NCBI GenBank assembly: GCA_012295275.1
Contig: CM022667.1
Span: 4,278,001-4,342,000, forward strand
Source of the DNA: Chrysomallon squamiferum
Taxonomy: Eukaryota > Animalia > Mollusca
Length of the DNA: 64,000 nucleotides
Direction of reading: 5' to 3'
The notes beneath the pieces were generated by a model. That model had not been told where the DNA came from. It saw only the letters and a program-made list of their open reading frames with translations, and made no database searches. Positions 12,330-24,486 of this stretch are shown one piece after another (position 1 is the first letter of the stretch; the number at the start of each line of letters is the position of its first letter). Both the position numbers and the translations under genes were made by a program.

Positions 12330-13242
12330 GGAGTATGTCTAATTACACACGAATAGTGAGAAACAACATTAACAAAATCGTGGAGACTATAGTTGCTAAG
12401 GAGAAGAGTGACGTACGTCTGGCCCTGGTTGAATATTGTCATCACCATCATTCAACCTTTGTCTCAGAACCACACAACTTCACCAGTAACATTTCTGAAA
12501 TAACAGAATGGTTGGAGAACTGCTCTGCTGGCGGTGGTGGTGATGAACCGGAAGCTGTAGCAGACGGCCTTCATGACCTTCCTCTTAAACTTCAACTGGC
12601 GTCCTGCAGCAACAAAGATAGCAGTTTTAATACTGGATGCCCCACCGCAGGGTCTGGACGAATTGATTGACGAGTTTACAGATGACTGTCCCGCAGGGCT
12701 GGATCCTCTGCAGATAGCACGAGATCTTGCTGAGAAAGAGATAACTCTGTACGTTGTTGGATGCGAACCGTCACTAAAACCATACAAAAAGTTCTTCACG
12801 GGTTTGGCGTATGTTACTGGGGGTCAGTATGTTCCCCTGGCCGGGTATCGGGCGTTGACGCAGATTATTATTGGAGGGGCTCAGGAAGAGTTGTCCCTGG
12901 AGCAGCTGATGGACGAGGTCAACATGGAGGTGGGGAAGGAAGTCGGAGAAGTAAAAAAAGTTAACGACATTGATGATTTAGCTGTGAAGATTTATTCCAA
13001 ACTGGCAAGCAAAGATTACGAGGTGAAGAAGTTGACCAGGAATAGAGTTGATGTATGTCAGATCAGTGAGAAAGCAAAGATCTCAGAATTTTTAATAAAT
13101 GAAGATAAAAATTTCAGTTTTACAGAAGATGATCGAGATTACTCCACGAGAAACAAGGAGTATAAATGGGTGGAGTGGACTATCGATCTGGAACAAGTTC
13201 AGAGATTGGTGATGAAATCACATGCCAGGACGAAACACACAG
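12330..13242 (+). CDS. vWA domain 1 main exon (vwkA/alpha-kinase-associated type); frameshifted near 12580
   Basis: GSM...DVRLALVEY...GGGGDEPEAVADGLHD in ORF 12335, continuing WRPAATKIAVLILDAPP...ITLYVVGCEP...TGGQYVPL...IIGGAQEELSLE in ORF 12573. It has 4 extra nt versus domain 2. Donor aca g|gtattt at 13242. Confidence 0.85.
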
Positions 13243-13503
13243 GTATTTGTTATTATTTATTTATTTATTTTTATTTATTTATTGTTCAATTTATTTATTT
13301 ATTTATTTATTTATTGTATTGACATGATTTATAATTTATATACTTTCAAAAAACTTTTTATAAAAAGCAACCAAACAATTATTAAGATTTGTGCAGTTTA
13401 AGGGAAATGGGCAGGTATTTATATTATCATTGCATAATAGATATTGATATATGTATCTAACTCTTTGTTAAAATGATCAATATGTTTATTATTTATTTGA
13501 CAG

Positions 13504-13554
13504 TTACGTTTGTCGATTATCACCGCAGATTCGGTAATTATTTGCCTTCACGAG
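13504..13554 (+). CDS. 51-nt phase-1 linker micro-exon (VTFVDYHRRFGNYLPSR) in cassette-type flanks
   Basis: gacag| and |gtaaat; open in phase 1; same length and homologous flanks as 12030-12080. Confidence 0.6.
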
Positions 13555-13847
13555 GTAAATATATTTTACATTATATTTTTGACCAAATCAGAAATAATTG
13601 TTATTTAAAATAATTTGTAATCTCATTTACAGACATATCAAAGATGTGATAAGGTTTATCTAGCATGTTCACCGAGTGTTATCTATTTATATTATGCAAG
13701 TCTTGATATTATTAATCAGTATATAAATATAATGCTGTTTTAATTTTTATCCTAATATGTATTTATGTTATTATTGCATAATAGAGATTGATATATTTAT
13801 CTAACACTTTGTTAAAATGATCAAGATTTTCGTTATTGATTTTACAG

Positions 13848-13880
13848 TCCGAAGATTTGCTTTTCAGTTTGCTTCACGGG
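13848..13880 (+). CDS. 33-nt phase-1 linker micro-exon (VRRFAFQFASR)
   Basis: tttacag| and |gtaact; open in phase 1; paralog of the 3' part of 13504-13554 with the same flanks. Confidence 0.55.
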
Positions 13881-14421
13881 GTAACTATATTTTACATGTG
13901 TTTTTGACCAAATCAAAAACAGTTTTTATTTAAAATAATTTGTCATTTACAGACATATCAAATATGTGATAAGTTTTATCTAGTATCTTAATTGAGTTTA
14001 TCTGTTTATAATATGCAAGTCTTGATATTATTAATCAGTATATAAATATAATGCTGTTTTAGTTTTTATCCTAATATCATTTTTGCACTAAAATATATTT
14101 ATAGTCATTTTTATTGTACAGTTCGTATCCATGGACACATGCACACATGCATAGAAATAGTGATGTTGCATTGATCAAAGTTTTACATATGATGCCTTTT
14201 GATTTTAAAAAACATTGTTTAAGAACGTTATTCCAAGGAACATATTAAATTTTAAAAAAGAAAATGAAAAGTAAGAAGAAAAAAAAAGAACTGTTTTATG
14301 AGCCAATCGTTTTATGATAGTTCTTACATAAAGGAGGTGTAAATAATAGATGTATAATCTAACACTTTGTTGTAAAGAATCAAATGATGAAGACTGAATC
14401 TTTTACTGATTAATTTGACAG

Positions 14422-14472
14422 ATTCCACCAGGGCTGATAAACTCGACTTGGCGATTGTCATGGACTGCACAG
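14422..14472 (+). CDS. MIDAS micro-exon of vWA domain 2 (STRADKLDLAIVMDCT)
   Basis: Nearly identical to 12030-12080; canonical splice sites; phase 1-1. Confidence 0.9.
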
Positions 14473-15514
14473 GTAAATATATTTTTCATTTTGTTTTTAA
14501 CTGAACCATAATATAATTTTCAATTTAAAAGATTTTAATTTGATTTAGAAACACATCTAATGTAACATACATGCTATCTTGATAAGTTAATAAACGGTAT
14601 CTACGTTATTTAACTTTAAAATGCAAGTATTGGTACAATAATTTGTAGAAATCAGGGTTGAAAATTAGCAAAGTGCATTTATTCACTAAGTGAACCTATG
14701 AATTTTAAAAAATTGTTTTTTATTGACAACAAGAACAACAATGAAATAATAATAAATGAGCCAATTTTAATAATAATAATTTCCAAATAAAAGTTAATAT
14801 TAAATTCCACAAAACAAGTAAATAACAGCTGTTTTGAACTAAACAACAAATGAAACCAAAAATGTTATTTTGGTCCACCAGCATTGTATGCTCGACTTGA
14901 TGTGTTTGTGAATGTTAGCATGTAAATCTGTGATTATTTGTTTGTGTGTGGTTTGTGTGTGTGTTTCTTTTATGTGTATATTTTTTAATATGTGTATGTG
15001 TATCTGTATGTTTTGTATGTGTGAATGTTGTTGTGTGTGTGTGTTTATGTGTGTATCATGTCTGTTTGTGTGTGTTTAAATTTGTATGTCTGTTGAGTGT
15101 GTGTTGTGTGTGTCTGGGTTGAAAATTTCTGTTTTGTGTATGAATTTATATGTTTGCATGTGTGCATTGAATGGTGTGTGTCTGTATATTAGAACAACAA
15201 GAAGTGTGTGTAATCGTTTTATTTAACAACATTAGAGTGATAGTGATTTAGATGATGACAGTTTTTTGTTGATTTATTTTAGAATAAACTTAGATATTTA
15301 AATTTTAAAACTGTTTATCCATGAAATGGCCAACACAACTTTTGCATATGTGTCTGCATAACTATATGTATAAGATGTGATATCATTTACATATTAAACA
15401 AAGGAAAATGGATCTTTAATTATATTAACTGTAGAGAGATTATTTTTATCTTATGTTACAAGATTTTCTTCATCATTATTAGTTCTTCTTCTTCTTCTTC
15501 TTCTTCTTCTTCTT

Positions 15515-15545
<31 letters not shown>

Positions 15546-15576
15546 TTATTATTATTATTATTATTATTATTTATAG

Positions 15577-16409
15577 GAAGTATGTCTAACTACATACAGA
15601 AACAGCAAGAGAAAACATTAAAAAAATTGTTGACACGATCGTAGCTGAGAAAACTGACGTACATTTGGCCCTGGTTGAATACCGTGACCACCCACCACAG
15701 GACTCAACCTTTGTCACAAAACCCCACGACTTCACCAGCACAATTTCTGAAATGAAACAGTGGCTGGAGAACTGCTCTGCTGACGGTGGTGGCGATGGAC
15801 CGGAAGCTGTAGCAGACGGCCTTCACGACCTCCTTAAACTGAACTGGCGTCAAGAGGCAACAAAGACAGCAATTTTAATACTGGACGCACCACCTCACGG
15901 TCTGGACAAAAGTGGTGATGGGTTTCCAGATGGCTGTCCCGCAGGGCTGGATCCTCTGCAGATAGCACGAGATCTTGCTAAGAAAGAGATAACTCTGTAC
16001 GTTGTTGGATGCGAACCGTCACTGAAACCATACAAAGAGTTTTTCACGGGTTTGGCGTACATCACTGGGGGTCAGTATGTTCCCCTGGCCGGGTATGAGG
16101 CGTTGACACAGATTATTATTGGAGGGGCTCGGGAAGAGCTGTCCCTGGAAAGGCTGATGGACGAGGTGAATCGAAAGGTGGAAAAGGAAATCCTAGATTG
16201 CGAAGTTCACACCCTTGATGATTTAATTGTGAAGATTCATTCCAAACTGTCACGCAAAGGTTACAAGGTGAAGAAGTTGACCAGAAATGGAGTTCATGTG
16301 TGTCAGATCAGTGAGAAAGCAAATGCTTACTCAGAAATGAATACAATGTCTGATGCCTCAGAAGCTTTAAAATATGAAGAAAATCACGAAGCCAGTGATA
16401 TGTTAAAAG
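15577..16409 (+). CDS. vWA domain 2 main exon (most canonical copy); frameshift near 15598
   Basis: GSMSNYI, then 2 extra nt versus domain 3, then ETARENIKKIVDTIV...ALVEYRDHPPQDSTFVT...GGGDGPEAVADGLHD...LDAPPHG...GDGFPDGCP. Donor aaa g|gtaaac at 16409. Confidence 0.85.
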
Positions 16410-16738
16410 GTAAACCACCACGCATGATTAATTTAAATTTTATTTTTTTATTATACTGTTTTCTTTTTAGGAAGATGTTTTATTACATACTTCTTAATAA
16501 TATTTATTTATTTTATAGTTATTTTCATTGTTATATCCGCAAGAGAATCTTCAGCTTTATTAACAAACTAGAAATAAATAGGCATGCACGTTTGCACGGA
16601 CACAGACACGTTTTTACACAGAGAGCTGGTCCTAAACGTAAGTTTGAGACAAAACTAATATCCAACATTACGACCATATTGCTTTCTGTTCATTTTTCAG
16701 TATTTACGAATATTTTCTTTTTCCAAATGGTTTTCCAG

Positions 16739-16849
16739 GAGACGTTGAAAATAATGATGAGTTTGCCACATTCGAATGTGTGGAGGTGCCTCTAGATCGC
16801 GAACAAGTGAAGAGAATGGTGAAAAAATCACTTGCCAGAAATCATCCAG
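16739..16849 (+). CDS. C-terminal helix exon of vWA repeat 2 (DVENNDEF...LDREQVKRMVKKSLARNHP)
   Basis: ttttccag| and |gtattt; 111 nt, phase 1-1; homologous to the LDLEQVKRMVKKSLARKYP ends of repeats 1, 3 and 4. Confidence 0.85.
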
Positions 16850-17738
16850 GTATTTATAGATTTTTATTTTATTATTAATTGTTTTGTGTGGCATGTTTTA
16901 CATTTTACATACTTTTTAAAAATTGTATTTTTTTTATTACTATATTTTTGTATAAACATTGTTGTTTCAGTTTTTACATTAACATAATATGAAAACTAAG
17001 TAGTACCTTAGATTTTATTGTGTAATTTATGTACAGTAACAAATATGCATGGACACATGTACAGAAATAATATGTTGTCAATGTATTGCCATATCTTTAA
17101 ATGGTTTTACTTTTGATGACATTCTGATTTCAAAGAACATTTCTAAAAATGGAACATTATTTGGAACATTATTTTAAAAACAAACCAAAAATATCCCCAA
17201 AAAATATAAAGAAAAAAAAAACCCACTGTTTTAATAGCCAGATAATCTTACAAAAAGGAGATATAATATGACATTTGATCTGACCCGATTCTGATGTAAT
17301 TGACTACTGCTGTAAAAAGGATGTTGTTAAATGGAGGGGATGTTTGGAATTTTAAATTGAATTTTCATTTTCATATCCTTACATAACAGATAAAGATACT
17401 CTATATCTAACACTTTGTTAAACAGAATCAAGTGACATAGGCATTTTTTCTTTTCATTAATAATTTTACATTTTGATTCGTTCAAAAAAAAATTTTCAGT
17501 TTAGAATAATTTTAAAAACTCGACAAATGGGGCCGTTTATTTTTGAAAGCTGATCAAATAGTATTTAAAATTTATAAAAAACATGTACATTTTGGTCTTA
17601 AACCATCAGATGTCCTTTGATTCAATTTGATCTATTTATCAGTGTTATGTGGTATTTTTAAATGCAGTATTTTTGGTTATACTTTTTTTGAAAAAAAATG
17701 TTTATCGATTTTGGTTTGTGCATATTTGTGTCTTGTTT

Positions 17739-17780
<42 letters not shown>

Positions 17781-18370
17781 TATGTTGATTTATGTGTTTT
17801 GTTCTATATTTTTTGTTTGTGTGTGCTTGTATTTTTTGTAGGTTTTTGTGTCTGTGTTTGTATGTGTGTTTTTTGTATGTAAATGTTACAATGTGTCTGT
17901 TGTTTGTATGTCTGCGTGTGTCAGTACGTGTGTAAATGTCTAATTATGATTGTCAAACGACACAAACTTATTCTGAATAGTCTCTATTAGTAGTGATTTG
18001 AATGATGACATTTATTGGTTGGTTTCATCATAACTGAAATAAACATGGATTTTAATTTTTCTTATTATCCTATTAAATGTCAAACACCATTATTTTGCAT
18101 ATATGAGTCTGTTAGATATCGGTATGAGATATGTCATTTACCTATTAAACAAAGGAAAATGGATCTTTAATTATATTAACTCTTGAATGAGATAAATAAA
18201 GAAATCAAAAAATTATTTTAATCTATGTTGCAAGACTGTTGGTTTCTTCTTCTTCTTCTTATAATTACCTCATCATCATTATCACTGGCAATATCATCAT
18301 CGTTAAATTGTATTATTATTAAAATTATTATTATTACCATCATCATTCCCATCATTAAATATTATTAAAA

Positions 18371-18436
<66 letters not shown>

Positions 18437-18441
18437 TACAG

Positions 18442-19385
18442 GGAGTATGTCTGATTACATATGCCATGCTAGAAACAACATTGACAAAGCTGTGGAGACG
18501 ATCACAGCCACAGAGACGAGTGACGTACGTGTGGCCCTGGTTGAATATTGTTATCACCCACCAAAGGACTCCACCTTTGTCACAAAATCACACGACTTCA
18601 CCAGCAAAATTTCTGAAATGAAACAGTGGTTGGAGAATGGCACTACAAAACTCTGTGGCAATAACCTGGAAGCTCTAACAGACAGCCTTCACAAGCTCAA
18701 TGAAATGAATTGGCGTCCTGATGCAAAGAAGATAGCAATTTTATTATTAGATGCCCCACCCCACGGTCTGGACAAACAGATTTATGGGTTTCCAGAAGGC
18801 CTGGATCCTCTCCAGCTAGTAAGAGATCTTGCTAAGAAAGAGATAACTCTGTTTGTTGTTGGGTGCGAACCGTCACTGAAACCATGCAGAAATTTCTTCA
18901 TGGGTTTGGCGTACATCAACGGGGGTCAGTATCTACGCCTGTATGGGTATGAGGAGTTGACACAAATTATTAGGGGAGGGGTTCAAGAAGAGCTGTCTTT
19001 AGGGCGGCTGATGAATATGATCAATCAAGAGGTGAAGAATGAAGTCGGAGATAAAGAAGATTGCGACATTGATGATTTAGCTAGGAAGATTCATTCCAAA
19101 CTGTCACGCGAAGGTTACAAGGTGAAGAAGCTGACCAGGAATGGACGTGGTGTGTGTCAGATCAGTGAGAAAGCAAAAGCTTATTCAAAAATGAATACAA
19201 TGTCCGAGGTATTAAGAGCTGATGAAGATGATGATGATGATGTTTATGTCTGTGTAGAGCAGTTTCTAGATCTCGAACAAGTGAAGAGAATGGTGAAAAA
19301 ATCACTTGCCAGAAAATATCCAGATATTGATAATATTTATTTTATTATTATTTGTTTTGTTCTTATTTTTTTTCTTTTTTTGTAA
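18442..19385 (+). CDS. vWA domain 3 main exon; MIDAS exon deleted and 3' donor lost
   Basis: Acceptor tttacag| at 18441 and open frame. The GGGDxPE loop is replaced by TTKLCGNNLE. cca g|gt is changed to cca g|at at 19324, so the frame runs into former intron to the stop at 19385. Confidence 0.75.
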
Positions 19386-19423
19386 TAATTTACATTTACA
19401 TACTTTTTCAAAAATGTAATCAT

Positions 19424-19470
<47 letters not shown>

Positions 19471-19544
19471 TTTTATTTTATTTTGTTTATTTTTCAGTAC
19501 TTACAAATGTTCTCTGAGGTTTCAGTATTTTATGTGACTAACAC

Positions 19545-19676
19545 ACTTATAAAGATATTGATCAGTCCAGTGAGAGTACAACAGGATATAATAAAATAGA
19601 CTCTTCTGTTCAGAAACCTTCTTTTAAACATTTCGTTGATAATATTTTTTACAGACTGGGCTTTTATAGAAGGTAA
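19545..19676 (+). pseudogene. Relic terminal exon of vWA gene A (TYKDIDQSSESTTGYNK...FYRLGFYRR*)
   Basis: Paralog of 25972-26129 whose 5' end and acceptor are missing; followed by a 3' region homologous to about 26130-26350. Confidence 0.7.
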
Positions 19677-20249
19677 TATATGTGACTGATCACAGGCTAT
19701 TTCAGTGAAAACTTCCCGTTCACAGTAATACCTGTAAACAAGTGTTATCAGCAATGCTGTTCTTTCTTTACACAAATGATTGTTCATCTCTGATTATTCT
19801 ACAGTGAAGATTACTAATGATACAGAATTTAGCTGTTTTCCTTATTACGTATTCATTGGCTTAATTACATTTTTCTGGAGCTAAATAATAAAAACATAAA
19901 ATGATAATGGACATTCAAAGGAAAATATGAGTAAAGCTGTATATAGGTAATTTCCATTATTTATATGGATGTCCAAATGTGAGCTCTGGATCAGTTGTCA
20001 CGGAAGGACTCAAATGTACATATTAAATCTCTTTTAATTTTTATAAGTACAACCTAGTTTAGAATAATAATATACATTTGTAACAATGCGTATTTAGATA
20101 TATATTTAGATAGATAGATAAATAGATAGACAGATCGGTAGGTAGGTAGGTAGGTAGATGGTTAGATATAGATACAGATATAGATTAATTATCTTTTTAT
20201 AATTATTTTTGTGTTGAGTTACTGTTTGCTTTTGCTTTTTTAAATAATA

Positions 20250-22002
20250 AAAAAATAGTTATTCAAATATTGTTCAAACATTTTGTTCAAATATTTAATC
20301 TCTCTTCTCTCTTTTATGTTGTTTGTTTAATTTTATGTTGTTTCTTACACACAAAGAACATTAAGCCAGTTATATAGGTTAAACGGGTCACAGTTGTGAC
20401 AACATGATGGTGATAAATAAAAATAAACTATAATAATAATAAATATGTAAATTGTTAATCTAAAACTCCCGGGTGACAAATAAATAAATAAATAAATAAA
20501 TATCATTAAAAAAAAATTCAATTAAAAACAAAAATAAAGAAAAAAAATTTAAATAAAAAACAAAATTATTATTATTATAAAATTTTTTATTCAGTTATTA
20601 TTATTATTATTATCATTATTATTGTTGTTCTTGTTTATTCACTTGATTTACATTCATATTCCTAAGACTGGCAAAAACATATTTTGTTTACGACTTCTTA
20701 ACATAATATAACTAACTCCCATTCTGATTTAAAAAACATGTCTATCTGGAGAATAAGTTACAAATTTTACAGTTTAATGGTCTTACAACGCTTTTTTCAT
20801 TTTTTTTTCCTCATGGGAGCAGATATATTGTGATCTAAATTCCTCCTAAAACAAATAACTTTTTTCCTTCTACGGTCAAAATTATTTGATAAATTTATAT
20901 TTTTATTTATTATTAGCAAATATTATTATTTATACTTGAGTAATTTAATTTTGAATACTTTTTAAATTTTCCTTAATTTTTCCCCAAGATATCTATCTAT
21001 TTATTTATTTTATTATAAATTGATAAATTGTTATTGTTATTCTTTTTCTTACTTTGTTACCATTATAAGAAAATAAATGAAAAAATATATGAATAGAAAT
21101 TTAAAAAATAATTATTAATTACAATCATTTTAAAGAATAAAACATGAAGAAAAATTTTTATTTATTTTTATTTTTTTATTTATTATTTATTTATTTATTT
21201 ATTTAAAATAATAAATAACAATTATTAAGATAAAGATTAAAAAAATAAGAAAAAAAGTAAAAAGAATAAATACAAAATTTTAACGAAATAAGATGAAGAA
21301 AAAAGAGAGAAAGAAAATAGTAAACAAGTAAAATAATAACAAGAAAAAGAAAAAACGAATAAAGACAAATTAAAATGAAAATGAAGAAAAAAAAGTAATA
21401 TCTAAAGGAATATAAGTTGAAATGAAAAAAAACAAAGTGTAAGAAGAAATGATGAATAAATGAAAAATAAAAAAATATCAGAAATGAGGAATAAATGGAA
21501 ACAAAAGAAACAAGGAAACAAGGAATAAAAAAGAAAAAAGTTCAGTTTTTACTGATAATACTACAAATACGATACATCCTGAATAGGAAGCTATCAGAAA
21601 CAAGAAAACTGAAGAATATAAACAATAAGAAAATAAAAAAGCCCCAAAAGTCAAATATTGATAATGTTATATTTATTTATTATTATTATTTATATTTTGG
21701 GATGACTTGAACATAACAAAAATCATTACACTTGGGAAGATATTTATATTAAATGAACTCTATCAATTTCAATATTTGATTATTTATTTATTTTTCTGTG
21801 CACAATATATTTTCTATTTATTATTAAATATCTCCTGAAATATAAATCCAAAATCTTTAAATAATATACAGAAAGTCTTACTATTCTCTTGTATACAGGA
21901 CAACTTTTATTTGTCACACAGTCATCTTTTAGGAAAAATTTAAAATAATAATAATAACAACAAATAAATATTGTTTATTTACTTATTTTATTCTTACACA
22001 CT

Positions 22003-22034
<32 letters not shown>

Positions 22035-22665
22035 CACACACACACATACGAATAACAAGAAATATTATTGCCTGCCGGAAAAAGCCGAAGATTTATGATC
22101 CAAAACGAATGTTTTAGTCTCGATCTACTCAGACTATTACGTGTGTAATCAGCAACCCGGAAAACAAACAGCGAAATTTGTGAACTACGTGCATTTCTAT
22201 GTCGCTAAAGTGAAGCCACGAACATTTCCAGCGAACTTTTGGAACTGTTACGTCAAAGAGTTATCAGTTGGTTGACGGAACAAGCTGTCAGTGATGACTC
22301 TATAACCAAGTATTTGCTATTGTTTTTCTTGTTCAATTCCAGCATTAATGTAATAACAATATATCTATCCCGAATAAAAAGATAAATACTACAAAAAAGA
22401 AGTCTAATGCCTGCAAATTTGTTAGCGCAAAGTCATTGATTTGTTATTAAATTTTTCTTGTCATTCTTGTTGGTGTTGTTTGTTGTTGTTGTACTGGTTA
22501 CTGTTATAATTATTATTATTATTATTATTATTATTATTTATATATATATAAATCTATTGATTGTGAGTATTTCCACCCTTTTTGACATTAATATTATCTT
22601 ACTGCCTCGATATTCCATTAGTTATTTTTCTTATTTATTTTGTTTTATTTCATTTCTGAATATAG

Positions 22666-22743
<78 letters not shown>

Positions 22744-23104
22744 GTTTTAAGTTGTTTGTCTATTTAAATAAATAAATAACATTCAAAATTAAAAAAACAA
22801 AAAACATTTACGTATATATGTACTCAACAAGTTGATTTTATTAACTTATCACAAACTCGTTTTCCCAGTTTCTTCTCTCAGTGCGAAGATATGTTTAACT
22901 GGAAATGCATTGAAAAATATTTGATGTCTTGAAAATTAATCTTTATGAGCGTCATTAATAGATATACATTTCACAGGCTTTGTAGACAAACACCCAGGCG
23001 TACATAGACTGGAAACCATTGTTTCATTATCTGATAGAATGATTGCGTGCTGGTATTATTGTTATGTGCCAGTAGAAGAGTTTACCTGTTGGAAATTATC
23101 CAGA

Positions 23105-23160
<56 letters not shown>
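20250..23160 (+). repeat. Segmental duplication copy B (upstream region of vWA gene B)
   Basis: Colinear with 6708-9860, with indels; includes the conserved block 22060-22455. Confidence 0.9.
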
Positions 23161-23164
<4 letters not shown>

Positions 23165-23569
23165 TTTAATTGTGCGGGAGCACGTTTGTGTCATCAGACA
23201 GCCAGTCAGTATACTGAACTGTTTAGTCAGAAATTACACTTTCCTCAAGAATGAAGAGTCATTCGTGGAAAGATAAAACAAATTGATCAATGTTGCTCTT
23301 GTGCTTAAAAAAGGTTTAAATAAATATTTTCTTGCTCAGTTTCAATGAAATTTGTTTAACGCCATTTGAATAATAAAGACTTGGTGCTTGCCAGCTAGTA
23401 TATACATACGTACATACATACATTATATACATACATACATACGTTTTTATGAGCCAGTTAATCTTACAAAAAGGAGATGTAATATAAATATATATACCTA
23501 TATCTAACACTTTGCTAATCAGAATCAAGTGATATAGATTGAATTATCTTTTCATTAATAATTTTACAG

Positions 23570-23620
23570 GCTTCTCGTTCACTGATAAACTCGACATGAC
23601 ATTTGTTGTGGATTGTACAG
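23570..23620 (+). CDS. MIDAS micro-exon of vWA domain 4 (FSFTDKLDMTFVVDCT)
   Basis: ttttacag| and |gtaaat; 51 nt, phase 1-1. Confidence 0.85.
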
Positions 23621-24486
23621 GTAAATGTATTTTACATTGTGACATTATCTAAATCAAAAACAATTTTTTAGATGAAAATAATTCTTAATTTGTTTTAAAG
23701 ATGTTTCAAATGTGGGATGCCATTCATTCTGGAAAGCAGATTTTGGTTCTATAATTTATAGAAAAATATGTTCATTTTGGTCTTGAACCATCAGATGCTC
23801 TTTGATTCAATTTGACCTCATAATCAATGTTATGTTTTTTGACTGTTATATAATTCTGATTAGCACGTTTCACAAATTGAAACCAAAAAGTTTATCGGTT
23901 TTTTGGTATGTGCATATGTGTGTCTGTGTGCATGTGCGTGTTTGTGTCTGAGTGTGTGTGTTTGTGTGTGTGTGTTAGAATTTGTGTTTGTGTTCTCTGT
24001 GGGTTCTTTGTGTTTGTGTGTTGGTATGTGTGTGATTATAATTGTCAGTTAACACAAACCTATTCTGAATAGTCTCTAGTAGTAGTGACTTAAATGATGA
24101 CAGTTTGTGGTTGGTTTACTTTCAGCATAACTGAAGTAAACATAGATATTTTCATTTTAAAATTGTCTTATCCATTAAGTGGCAAACACCACTTTTGCTT
24201 CTGCGTCTGCATAGATATCTGTACAAAATGTGTCATTTACCTATTAAACAAAGAAAAATGGATCTTTAATTATATTAACTTTAGAATGAGATAAATAAAT
24301 AAATATAAACAGATCAAAAAATTATTTTAACCTAAATTTCAGGTTTGTTTGTTTCTTCTTCATCATCTTCTTCTTCTTCTTTTAATTACTGGCATTGTCA
24401 TCATCATTAAATTGTATTATTTTCATTAAATATTATTACCATCATCATTGCCATGATTAAATAGTATTGAAAGTTGTTATTTACAG

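Noticed and set aside
12464-12799. Antisense and alternate-frame ORFs over vWA exons (also 12761, 16697, 24742)
   Set aside because: Shadows of the real coding frame.
13243-13322. Hydrophobic C-terminal tails on ORFs 12573, 15665 and 24474
   Set aside because: They lie past intact GT donors and are translated T-rich intron.
13397-13414. Possible 18-nt micro-exon (cag|tttaagggaaatgggcag|gt)
   Set aside because: Has a TAA in the required phase-1 frame and lacks the cassette flanks.
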